Shown piece by piece: positions 36,504 through 48,966 of a stretch of DNA of 64,000 nucleotides (positions within the stretch are counted from its first letter, which is position 1; every line of letters begins with the position of its first letter). This DNA is from Phoronis australis (taxonomy: Eukaryota; Animalia; Phoronida): contig NMRA01000217.1 in the NCBI GenBank assembly GCA_002633005.1, positions 186,001 through 250,000 on the forward strand, read 5' to 3'. The position numbers were made by a program, and so were the translations under genes. Under the pieces are notes generated by a model that saw only the letters and a program-made list of their open reading frames with translations, had not been told where the DNA came from and did not search any database.

Positions 36504-39500
36504 TCACTCTGGTGGTGACGGCAGCAGATGGTTGTGGAGATGCTGGTAAGTATACCCGAGTGTAAAATATACATTATGAACACTATCGTTGGACCACTGC
36601 AAGCATTAAGTAGCAAGTGTAACACCACAAAAAGCACGGGAAAATATAGTCAAAAAGCATAACTACCTTTGCAATTTTCTTCCATCTGTTGGTGTATTCA
36701 TACAGCTGTCCTTTAAGAACTGAATAAACCACGCCATTGTGTATCGTCCCAAAAAGTACACTTTGGTACGTTACGTCGTTTGGTGGCGGTATGTATCGAT
36801 CGGCAGCCTTCCACTGGCGGTCAGCGTAATCAAACTCGGTGCCGTGATCGTTGCCAAACACGAACACTTTTCCATCAATTTCACTGGTGCATATTAATTG
36901 CCCATACCTTGATCCCGATGAACAGTCCTCAAATTCTCCAGTTTGAATGTGGTACAACAGGCAAATGTCCTCGCCAAAAATCAATATGGCTTCGTTCATT
37001 AACGGAATGGTAGAAACACTGCAAGGTTTTTTTAACGGGGTTATTGCAATTCTTTTGAATTCTTGATCGGGACGAGTTGGGAAAAGCTTCAAACACCGTT
37101 GAAACTCAGATACAGAACACAAGAAACCACCGCATGATATCATGGCCACGTTTTCCATCTTGTCCTTGAAGCGATTAAAATTCTGAGAACTGAACCACGT
37201 ACCGGCTGTGCTATCGAACTGAAGCATCGGTGCTGCCGCAGGTTTAAGGCAGTCCATAAGAACGATGTTATTGTCGACAACATTCAGGTAGCTAACTTGA
37301 TAAACATTTGGAGGCATTGGTAACTTCACCCAACGTTCTTCACAAATGGAGTATAGCAAATGCTCGTTGCTGCGGAAAGTACATGTACCACAGACGACAA
37401 CAACGTCTTTAAAGCCTGGGATAATGCGACCGTCTAGTTTATCAGACTCGTACTTGTCAATGATTGATTCACAACGGGGGCTTTTCATGACATGTTCATT
37501 CTTTTCGATTAGTGACATGTCGTCTGGCGAGATGAATTCGAGTTTCAATGCAGAAAATAGATCGTCAAAATAAACAACCCGTTCATCACGTTTGTGATTA
37601 ACCCAACGATCGATCAACTCAAAGAATTTAGCTGGAGTAAAATAGCTTAGTTCAAGATCTTGGACAAGGTCGATCAAGACTTTAAACGGGACTTCTAGAA
37701 TATGACTCTTGGAAATGCCTGCGAACTGAGTATACAGGTGTTTGTCCATCCCCTTGAGACCAAAGCTCTTTGCTACCCAGTGAACCTGGAGAAAGTCTTC
37801 TTCGTTGATAGCATACCCACTATTTGGAAACATAAGCTCGTGTTTTCCAGTGTAGAGACACTCCAGCGCCAGCTTCACACATTTCTTGTCAAAGTCACTC
37901 AAATCTATCACACCTACAATGTATGCAAAACAAGAACAGGGAGGAGCGTAATTGGTTACACGGAGTAGCACACTATAGCGAATTTTTTGCCGTCAACAAA
38001 GACGGAGGCTTAAAATCGTCTTGCAGAGGATATGTATAACTTTGTCAAGGACACATTATGAAAGATTGTATATAGAGTTAAGTAAAACGTTACGTAGAGA
38101 AATTTTAAGAAGGTTTTTAGAGGAGAAGTTAGTTTTAAAGTTCCTAGAATTCTTGGTTTGGAAATTACAAAGGAAAGTTCTCAAGGTAGGCGGGCTGCCC
38201 CACCTTACCATACCATGATTTTTGTCACTGCCCCCCCGTGATGGTGGGGCGTCACAGTGCCAGATTATCCGTTATGTAAATAACCTACAGCTTGGGATCC
38301 CGCGCAAAATACGGGCCCCATCTCAACAGATGCTATGCAAAAGCGACCGGGAGGCACTCTGGTAAGCAAAAAAGTTACAACTTGGAGCCTCGCACGAAAC
38401 AGAGACCTGTTTGTCATTACAGGCCCCCTTAAAAGCTGTGACGACCGAAGGTGGAGTTGGAAAATTGTGTCGGCCCCGTCTCTTCGCCACATGTGCCCCA
38501 CAAAAGTCGTGGCCACCAGAGTAGCACCTGAAAATTTGTGACGATAGGAGGGAGTAATAATTGGGATCGAGGCATCGTCTTGTTGGCACAGGGGCTCCTA
38601 GTCGAAAATTGTGGCCACCGGGGGCAGTTCAAAAGTTATGAAGAAAGGACGAATGGTATCGACAAGAGCCTCAAATTTTCATAGCTTGGGGACGTGAGAA
38701 ACCTTAATCCGGCACTGCTCGTACTATTATTTAGCATGTGTTGACATATTCATGCTCAATAACTGCAGTGTGTCAGGTTACACTCGCTTTCTTTTGCAAA
38801 GTAATAATCAAAGAAATTAAATTTGTTCGGCGTCTGGACTATGGTAGTTATTAAAATCCTTAGTAACAACAAAGTTAATCAATTCAACAGCGGCTCAGTG
38901 GCATATAGTCACATTGTGATCATTGCAAATGCAACGCCTGTTCGTCGAACTCTTCCAAAAATGTTTACGGACGGGAAGAAACGGGAAACTTTGTTTAAAA
39001 ATATTCCTCATTGCGACATCGCACGTGACGTTCTTACTAAGACTGTAAATAGTGTCTGCTCTGTTTATTCGGTTCTCATTTAGTTTCAACCCGTTTTCTC
39101 AAAATGCTGAACATGCTGAGAATTACCTCGGTGTGGGAGGGGCCTTAGATAAAAATACTGGATTTACTTTCCGATCAGTTTGACTGGCGTTGTGTCTAGA
39201 TGGATAACGTTGCATCAGGAATAAGATGATCGTACGAACAAAAGTTGCCCGCCTCTTCGTGTAAGGGTAAGTTATGCCCGATGAACATCAAATGCCGATG
39301 GGGACAGAGTTTGCGTTAAGGCGGAAGTAATCGATTATGATCAGCCATGGACTGCATTATGCATGTATATAGTTCAGAGTGGCTTTCTTATTCTCATCAT
39401 TTCCGCTTGAACACAGGTCGGGTGACTGGTTTCCCATGTAGGCGTTCTTCTGACCTAGGGTTAATTCAAGAGGTTTTAATCTAGTTTTCAAAAGAATAAG

Positions 39501-42500
39501 ACATTAACCTTGAAAATATGCGTACTTGCTTTGTCCCTACCTGAATCAATGGCTGCGTTCCCGTTTCTGCATCGTTCTTCTAAACTATGGCGCCATAAAG
39601 CGAGGACAGGTTGATGAACGGCAAGTTCCTGTGCAAAAATATTTTTATTATGTGAAATCGGCTACAAACCCACGTTCCGTCTCTTACCGCTACAGAATTG
39701 GTCTCAAGTTGTTTCATTCTCTAATGAGAATTGATTTTTGATTCAGCAAAGAACTGAAACAATAATTGTTATTTATCGAAACTATGTTGAAATAATAAAG
39801 TGAGACGCCGCGACAACTATACTTCTACAGCGTGTTTTATGACCAAATTTTTTCTAAGTTAATACCGAAATGCGAGCTAAGTTAAGACCGAAGGAACACA
39901 CAGTCGCTTTTTGGTCTTTGGTCTAATAGAGAACGTTTTCTATGACGTCATCAATTAGGTCATCCGCCATATTGGAGGACAAACATTTCAGTAGGGTTGT
40001 GGAATCGTGAAGCAAAGACACAATTTTAGTTGAATTCGAATTGTTGGCAGAATGTACTCAGTATAATAGTGAATTTTTGTGCAATAGTTTGCTGCTCGAG
40101 CACGGGGTGACAGAGGTGTTAAGTCGTTCTATCGTCTTCCAAAAATTATTTACCATCGAGGGGAAAAGACCTAAGAATTGTCTCTGAATAGGGCAGTCCT
40201 ATCAATTATTTTTTTGTTTTGAAGAAATTCTTCGGAAAGATAAATACTCAAAAAGTACCGAGAGTGGCGTAGATGAAGGAATATCCCACGAGACATTATT
40301 CCGCGAACTCTGACAACAGCAATGGGGCCAGTTGGACACAGTGCTTGCCTTACGCTACTTGCTCGCAGCGTCACGTTTCCTGATTTGAAGAATTGTCAAC
40401 ATCACCTTTTATAAACGTCGGCATAAAAGATTCAAAGTTCGTATAAGATTAAAAGGGTATTAAACCATGCTTTCATGATTAATACCAAAAATTGCTTCCG
40501 TCGCCTGTTACATGTATTGTATTTAGTACTTACCTGGAAAGATCAAAGCTTCGTTCAGCTAAAACTCTGTCCTCATTGTGTTGGTGGTTTGAGACACGCA
40601 ACCTTTCCCAACCTAGCTACTGGTTACTGTCCATGGGCGGTGCACCATAGGGGGCTGGGAGGCTATAGCTTCCATTTTTTTCAGTGCTGTGCCGCCCATG
40701 TACACTTGACGAGATACACTGTATCAGCTTTTGTAAGGACTCGCCGAACTTGAATGAAACTTTTAATGATTGGCAAAGGTCTACAGGGCATTGTTTTGTT
40801 TCAAAATTATAAATGTAAATTTGGTCTTAATATTCGTTAGTAGTCAAAATTCAGGCTTAGTACAACTTAAGTAAAATATGTCAAATTGACCAAAAACGCC
40901 TTCAAAATGCAGTATTCCCATTCAACATGGCGATTTCTTCATTTACAAAGACTGCTCCTCCACATATTACTCTTGCTTACCCCGTCGCCGACCTTGATGG
41001 TCACGTCACAAAATGGCGATTTCTCTAGGCATTGGCTCCACAAAAGGTTATCGAGATTTGATAACCAGTCTTTGTCAAACCTGCATCCAGGCCCATTTTG
41101 CACTTCCATGTGCTTTTTTAGATTATCAAGCATCAGGTAGTCTGCCACCACGGCAACATTTTCCCTCCACTCTTGGGCTGCATCCCAGACTCCTGTGTAC
41201 ATGTACTTCAGAACAAACTTCATGGTCGAGAAGTCAAAGTGGTTCAAGTTGATGGTACCTGGAGGAACAGTCAAGTGATTTTTACAGATTTTCAGGATTT
41301 TTTGTGTTTGCAGTCTTGAGAAGAAATGCGACCGAAATGATTTAAAGGTATTATACTCAAAACTGAAAGGCTCAGTGTCAATAAAAATCCAATTTCTGCC
41401 ATAACATTCATACATGTACGTAGGCCAACCCAGCAATACAACAGTATACAGCAAAGTTAGTTTTGCCACTAGCTTGTTTGCTAGTACTGCACCTGCAAAC
41501 TTAAACAAGCTGGAGAGTATTGCAAATGTGGAGAGTCATTTTAAGTTGGGGAGAGTTGCCGTTATCGTAAGGCTTAAAAGTACATTCTCGGCGGGAAATA
41601 TAATTTCACAGAAATAAACACTAGCCTGGAATCAAAATCACTACATACGCAAAAGCAGCCTCGGACAGCCAATCAGCTAGCTGAATGAAGACTATCACTG
41701 CGGTTTTGAAAGACTGTTGTAATAATTTGTTTATTGTTTCACCTCGAGGTCATGAATCATACTTTGATGACTGTTCAGACTATTTCTTTGTTTGGATTCA
41801 AATCACGTAACCGCGAAACCACCCCCGAGTTCAGCCGCGAACGCTAGGACCTCGTTAAAAAGCAAGACTTCGCGAGATAACGTGAGATATTGCTGTATAT
41901 TTTAAATGAGAACGCGTAACTTAGGGAAGATTTTAGTGAGGTCTAACCGTAGGTCCTAAAGGTACAGAACTTGCGGGGCCGAGTTTCGTGATTCGTACCG
42001 GAAGTTCACTAAATTTCTGCCGGAAATCAATTGTGTCATTCGTTTTGTAACATGTCAAAATATCATAAACTTCACATTCATTCTTCTTTCAACTGAAAAT
42101 CCAATCAGGTTTATCATGTACCGCTGTTCTCTGTATCGTATGGGGGCTTGTCAGGTAAAACGAAGGTAGTACGATTCACATGACTGAACGCTTTCTTTCT
42201 GGAGTACAACATTACAGCGTCCTGTCGTTCAGTAACTTTTCCAGACGTGAGGGGTGCTGAACGTGCGATAATATCTGGCTTAACTTAACTTTCATTTTCA
42301 TCAGCCCACCCCAGTCAGGCTAGATACGATCTGATCAGAGATTAGAGCAATTATCAAACAAAAGAGCGCAGGCCCTCCAACCATCAACGCAACAATGGAG
42401 TTAATTGGCTAGTACGGGGGTAAATTTCCCAACTTCTTGTTGGGCTATACAATCGAACAAGTTGGGAGCAACGGGATGTCGCCGTCATGATATGTATTGC

Positions 42501-43315
42501 TACATGTATACACTGTACCACATCACCTTCACATATATCATCTGCAGACATTTCCAAAATACTACCTAAAATTGTGCTATGCGGGCATGAGGTACGGCGA
42601 TCATCTTGGTAACAACAGTGGTACAAATTACGATCGATAGATATTTTGATCCTTCGCACGCAGTATCACGTTGGTCTTGAAGTAGCAAGTGAAAAATAGA
42701 AGCCTATATTTTCTGCCCACTTAACCCACGTTTTCGAACGTACCTGTGCACGATTCTTTCATTCCACTGTTTTTCATTCTTTCAAAGTGTTCACATGAAA
42801 CCAAAATGCACCAGTGAGCCTTGAGTTCCTATAGTTAAAAGTGATTGCAAAATTTCAACCGTGTTAAGATTTGCATGTCTCTACTTAGAACTTCACAACT
42901 AAACAACAGATACATGTACGGTTTGTTGATCAGCGAACAAATTGTTGGCTTCATAAAAATAGTTGAACACTTGATTACCAAGGGCCACGTAACCTACACT
43001 ACTTCCAAGATTTTGATGCAGGCCACGAAGCCACAAATTCTTGACAATCACGGGTAGAAAAATATCCACTGTCAAGTAAAACTTGACATCAATAGGTACA
43101 CTGATTCGCGAATCTAAGGTCGAGCTGTAGTTCTCGGGCCATGATGCATATTGTTAACCAAACGCTCAAACTGAAAATGTCCTTACCTCGTTTCCGTCTT
43201 CCAGAGTGATTGTTGCATCGCAGAGGACAGAACGGTCATCACTTTGCTTCCACAAGGTCTGCCTTACTTTGGACCTCCAGGAATTGCTGTGAAATTTTCC
43301 GACATCTGAAGCCAT
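36504..43315 (-). CDS. Tandem double-BTB, BACK and degenerate kelch-repeat protein (KLHL/KBTBD-like, ~636-639 aa)
   Basis: Exons 43315-43187 (MASDVGKFHSNSW...LCDATITLEDGNE), 42828-42744 (ELKAHWCILVSCEHFERMKNSGMKESCT), 41258-40981 (GTINLNHFDFSTMKFVLKYMYTG...VADYLMLDNLK...FCDVTIKVGDG), 39628-39541 (ELAVHQPVLA...) and 37913-36667 (GVIDLSDFD...LECLYTG, BACK FELIDRWVNH...ER, kelch-like W..LP.P and GKVFVFG). All joins are GT-AG and in frame. The end is either read-through to TAG at 36583 or a 70-nt intron (36666-36597) plus last exon 36596-36504. Confidence 0.88.
38255..38717. mobile_element. Non-autonomous DNA element with CAGTGCC-type TIRs in a BTB-gene intron
   Basis: CAGTGCCAGATTA ... TAATCCGGCACTG inverted ends. 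No TSD recognised. Confidence 0.45.
40632..40700. mobile_element. ~70-bp mini inverted-repeat element (related copies ~3820-3871 and ~14690-14819)
   Basis: CATGGGCGGTGCA ... TGTGCCGCCCATG ends with a shared interior (ggctatag, cactgaaaaa/ttttttcagtg). Confidence 0.55.
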
Positions 43316-45202
43316 TGAAGGTAACTATCCTCGTACCCACGTTCTGGTGATACCCAGTGCAGAATAAAATATCTTTCTAAGAAATATTTGCCCAGTAAGT
43401 AAAGACGAAGCTTTAACAAACATTTCAAATGCTAGTGCCATTGAACACCACGATAGCGGCATTGATCTGAAGATATGACAATTGAAATCGTTTAGATCGA
43501 TAAAACTAACACGCAGTTTGTGAATATAAAAATGGATATGTACCTACATTGTGCTTTTACAAACAATGATTTAATCATTTTGACAAATAAGGCTGAATTT
43601 GTAAGGGACACTTAAGGCCAAAATGCGCTTTTATGATAGAATAATATATTGCTTTGCCGCGACAGTGACCTTATACTGTCCGTTGTTTGTTTAACAAGGC
43701 AATTTAGGACAAGTACCAATAATACAATCACAGCTAGGTAACATTCCGTTGACCAAGTTTCTGTAGAGAAAAACAAAACCTCCCAAAATCACGTACGGTA
43801 GCTTATGGTGGCACTGAACAAATAGGCTCAGTGAATCTGGTTGTCGGTATTTGTGAAAACGTTGGGAATAAGAAAACCAATTGTTCGGCTGTAGATGTAA
43901 TCTTCTTCAATATGGCGGTCTCCTGTGCATTGCTTGTGAGCGACTGTGAAATCTGCTGCCATTTCATGCAGGTATCCAGAACTTCAAAATAAAAAAATAG
44001 TTGGTTGACAACATTATTGGGCCACATTTTTTGAATCTGTATGAAATTTGTTCTCGGAATCATAGTGTTGGTTTATGTCGCGCAACGGCAAGGAAGCGGG
44101 TGGTTTTTGGGTGAAAAGTGCCAATTTTGTGTTTTTGCCCCTTTTTCTTAGCTTACCTTGTTTTTCAGTAGGAATGAAAGGACTAAAACTACAATACGAA
44201 TTAAAATTTCTATACTCATCTGAAGGGCTTTTGATGCGAACCTATCTTAACAAAATTTTGATGGCAGCCATTGAAGTGATTGTCTGGTGAGGTTGGAATG
44301 CTTCGTTGTAGAATTGAATTCACTATTCGATTCCATAAGTGAGGCCTTATCGCCGCAATTGCAGTCTACTGTTTTAAGGTCTACGAGGCCCACCCATGCC
44401 AAATGATGTCGCATGGATTTTGCAAGCTATTCTTTAACTTGCGACGGCCGGCCATAAGCGCGTCGCATGGTTATCGCCTTTGGGACGCTACCATTATTTT
44501 CCTTTGTTGCGTCTTTGTTGGATATAACAACACAGGTCGCACGGATATCGTACCTTGGGAGCCCATCAACCGGTTACCGATATACGCTTACCTTTGTCTT
44601 CATTATAAGAAAGAAACACAAAGTGAACAATAGATACGCCTAAGTTTCCAGTGGGTACCCCTGTATTGGACACTGTGCAAACCTTTTCCTTATAAAGAAT
44701 CTTAATCTCGGCGTTTCACATAATGACGAATGTAAACTGTTTTGACTGATGTGATCATAAAAACTCGAGTTGTAAAATAGACATTGTCGGAATGGTCCTC
44801 ATAGGTGCTGTGTTTAGTAGATTAATAAACCGCTTCGTTCTCATAATTTTGTCTTACTTTAAAATTAATCATTTGACCCAGCCATGTAGTATTCAATATA
44901 CGTAATTTCCTCGTGGAAGAATGGTTTTTAAAAGTTTACATTCACTACATTGCGAGGTTTGTGAAGATCAATTACGTGAGTGTTTAGTTTTTATAATTTG
45001 TGGGAAATTGGTCCCTGTTTTTCTTGTCGCCTGGATTACGCCTTTCTCACTGAGCTACCAAAAGCGGGGATTTTTCAAGGTTTCCATAACTAAGATGGTT
45101 AATGCTGACCTGATTTTCCATCAGTCATTGATGGATACCGTTGTCTGCGTGGTATTTCCGTCAAGCAGTGCCTTATTCCTGATTAAGCAATGGACCTTAG
45201 AT

Positions 45203-45617
45203 GCCTCTCCGCCTCTCCGCCTCTCCGCCTCTCCGCCTCTCCGCCTCTCCGCCTCTCCGCCTCTCCGCCTCTCCGCCTCTCCGCNNNNNNNNNNNNNNNN
45301 NNNNNNNNNNNNNNNNNNNNNNNNNNNNNNNNNNNNNNNNNNNNNNNNNNNNNNNNNNNNNNNNNNNNNNNNNNNNNNNNNNNNNNNNNNNNNNNNNNNN
45401 NNNNNNNNNNNNNNNNNNNNNNNNNNNNNNNNNNNNNNNNNNNNNNNNNNNNNNNNNNNNNNNNNNNNNNNNNNNGCCTCTCTGCCTCTCTGCCTCTCTG
45501 CCTCTCTGCCTCTCTGCCTCTCTGCCTCTCTGCCTCTCTGCCTCTCTGCCTCTCTGCCTCTCTGCCTCTCTGCCTCTCTGCCTCTCTGCCTCTCTGCCTC
45601 TCTGCCTCTCTGCCTCT
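45203..45617. repeat. Octamer microsatellite, (GCCTCTCC)n then (GCCTCTCT)n, spanning an N gap
   Basis: Directly visible. It produces the spurious low-complexity ORFs in the track. Confidence 0.95.
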
Positions 45618-45693
45618 CGCCATGTCAGGGGTCGAACCACAGGTCTCTAGATTGCCGGTCTCGTGCTGTCCCACTTGAGCTACCGAGGTCCCG
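45618..45693 (-). mobile_element. tRNA-derived SINE head or tRNA pseudogene
   Basis: Minus strand reads GGTAGCTCAAGTGGGACAGCAC...GTGGTTCGACCCCTG, with an A box and a B box at tRNA spacing but no intact acceptor stem. Confidence 0.6.
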
Positions 45694-48600
45694 ATATCTA
45701 CGCAACAACTGTTTGCAGCCAAGTGTTTTATTGTACATTCTTTGAGAGACGACAATGGCAAGAGATAACGAGTTACAGACAAATCGGACTATAGCATTCA
45801 TTATCCCCTAATGTTATTTTTACGTTTGCCTCTAAAGCTTAGGATTTCGTTAGCTTACTTTCAACAAATTCTGCAAATAGTTATGCTTCGCAGAGAAGGC
45901 ACCACTTTCTCAATTCGGATGAGTTGACGAAATATGCGGTGTTTAATGAATATTCTTAAAATTCTAAAGCATACTCATTGAAGCACACCTTTAATTGCAG
46001 TGCTATCATGGGCAAATTTCAACGCTCCGCGTTGCTCTTGTTGACATCTGTGTTGATATCTACTTAACCCTTTGAAAGTTCACAATTTGGCGTGTGTAGA
46101 CATAGTTTAAACTCGACAACAATTGGACCACTGCTGTGCCTCCGAATGGATTTTTTCTCAAAAAGTGAGTTAAAAATAATTCTGGAATTGCGTTGCCGTC
46201 CTGGGTGCATTTCAACGCTCCGTGTAGCTCTTGTTTACAGGGAGCGGGTTCAGTGAACCCTGCCTCCGATCGTTCAGTAACGCTAGGACCTCGCTAAAAA
46301 GCAAGACTTTGCGAGATTACGTAAGATATTGCCGTGTATTTTAAATGAAATCACGTGACTTTTGCTATATTTTAGCTAGGTCTTAGCGTAGGTCCTAGCG
46401 TTACTGAACGCACGCCTGCTTTAAAGTATCCAAGGCACCCCACTGTGTCCAGCTGGGTTAACCCAACAAAGAAACTATTGAAGCGCTTCAATTTAGCTGT
46501 GATCACGTGGGTTTCAATGACAGCGCACAGTTGTAGATAGAGTCAGTGCAGACGCCTATTTTCCTGGTGGCTCTGTCATCAATAAAATGAGTAGAAAAAG
46601 GTCAGAACCCTTTTCTCATAATGAGGAAAAGGTTTCCTCACAGAACTGACTACAGAAAAAAATGATGTCATAGAGCCAAAACAGGTCATCGGAAGTAACA
46701 GGCTTGGAGGGACAGTGGGCCCAGACTGGCTAAACGGTTCCCGCAATCAGAAAAACGCAACCATGAACTGAGTTAAAGGACTTTGGGAAACTAAATGGAA
46801 CGAGGGAAGTGATGTGGTCGTCCGAGGAGATGAGATCATAGAAATAGTTTTATAAAGGTATTTTGAGAGCGACTCCGTGCCGTAGTCTGGCGTCCCCTGA
46901 GTTACGGCGGGGTCTTTTTGAAAATCAGTCGNGCTCTGTGTTACCGGTATTCGAAATTTACAATTCAGATATGACAAGATAAAAAGTTGACATAACCAGA
47001 TAAATAATTTATTTTTTCTGTGGGCTAGTGCGCTTTCGTAGTTCTACGTTCAAGGAAACTGAAAACTTTCCCGTCACGTCTCCACGTCGGCGTTACGGCG
47101 CTAGTGAAACAAAACAGTTTTCGTGTCCGCAGACTTTTCCATGCTCCGGGAAACAGTTTTTTTTTTTGGTGCTTCTATATAGCCTGCAGTGTCCCAGGTT
47201 GATATATTAAATTACCGAAATGCAACTTCATGAATCTCGTCCGCGGGCTGCAGAAAATGACTCAAAATAGTCGAGTGGCAGGGGCGGCGCACGGCGCCCG
47301 GCGCCGAATTTCGTTAAACTCCATGGCTGTATTAAGGTTTGAAAAAAACAAGCAAGCATGGTTTTCCATTTTTAAAAATCGATGAAATAATAAGTTATAA
47401 ACTATTAAACTTTGCAAGGTACGAGAAAACTACCGTGTTGACTTAAGCCCTACCATACTCGCGGTGGCTGGGATCATTACTAACACTGATCAGAGATAAC
47501 AACATCACTTCTTTTAATATTCTTTCAATCTCTTTTGACCAGTTTTTTACTATGAAGTACTTGTACTTAACTTTTGCTCACTCTTCATTTTTATGACTGA
47601 CAAAAAGTTAGGCACTGGCACTGAACCCCAGTGTCCACAATTCAGGCCTCAAAACTCCCCCGTTTGGCTTTCACCATATTTGCACTTTTGTGTATATTTC
47701 ATGATTTGAGCTCTAATAAAGATTAAACTTGAACCAATGACACACGTCAGTAGTTTGTGCCGCGAAATGTGGCCGGCCGCCGCGGTTTAGTGTGAGCTGG
47801 CTACCCGACTTTAGTGAGAGTTTAGCCGGGGCTACATCAAATGTACGCGTGGGCAGAACACGTATCTGCGTAAAAAAAGAGTTGCGTTTTCAAAACTCTC
47901 AGAGTCGTGTGTTGTCAGGACCTTCATTAATAAACCGAGACCAAGTACAAAGCACGTCTTCAAAGTTTAGGTAAACAAAGTTAACGGCATACTGATTACA
48001 GGGTCACTGACTCGGAGCACGTTCTTAGGAATACATATATTGTAATATCGGTTGAATTATATGTTATAACTGTGAATAGCACGTACGCGTACAATAAGCC
48101 ATTCACATTTATATCTGATCACATTTCTCCCCCTGCTTTGAAAACAAACATTCGTTTAGATAATTTTCGGAAAGAACGTGAACTAAAATGATAGGACAAA
48201 CACTACATACTGCAGTCCAGATTCTACATTAGAAGACCGCTTTTGTGAGAAAGAAACTTTCAAGCGGAGAAATTTGTAATGAGACGTAAATAAGAATAGA
48301 CGTGAAACGCTAAGTATTGTGTTCTTACTCCAAAGAGCTCGGCCTTGGTGCGATGCTGTTTACTAAAAAATACAACTTTCAATTGCGCCGTTGTGGCTAA
48401 AAACTGACCCAATAAAATTTTTCTTGAGTAATCTAAATTATTTACCGGCGTTGAAAAAGTTGCTTTTCTACTATTATTCTGCTGCTAAAATTGTGGTGTG
48501 ATCTTTTGCGTCGACTTTCGGCGCAATGAAATATTGCGTCACCTATTAGCCAGTTTCTTTTTCCCAGATTCTTCAAACAAACGTTCTCCCTCGAGGTTGT

Positions 48601-48966
48601 CTAAACGTCACAACAAATGATCAGAATTGGTTTCACTTCATTATATGTTTTTGGAATTTGATATCAGTAATTAAACCGAATTTTAGAACACATTTTGCTA
48701 CGATGTTGTCATCATCTAATGGGAGATGTCGAAAATTTTCTGGAAGTGGCGCGTGTCACAAATGTACTACTTTCAAAACGACGACATACATTTCTTTGTT
48801 ACCAATGCAGAGAATTACGCAAGAAAATGACGTCGGATATTTTTTCGCTTAAACGGCCGTAACGGGCAAGGTGAAAGTCAATTGAGTTCCAGATTTTGCA
48901 TGCACACNNNNNNNNNNNNNNNNNNNNNNNNNNNNNNNNNNNNNNNNNNNNNNNNNNNNNNNNNNN

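Noticed and set aside
44921-45782. Long ORFs with [16 protein letters not shown] repeats
   Set aside because: They are translations of the octamer microsatellite and the N gap.
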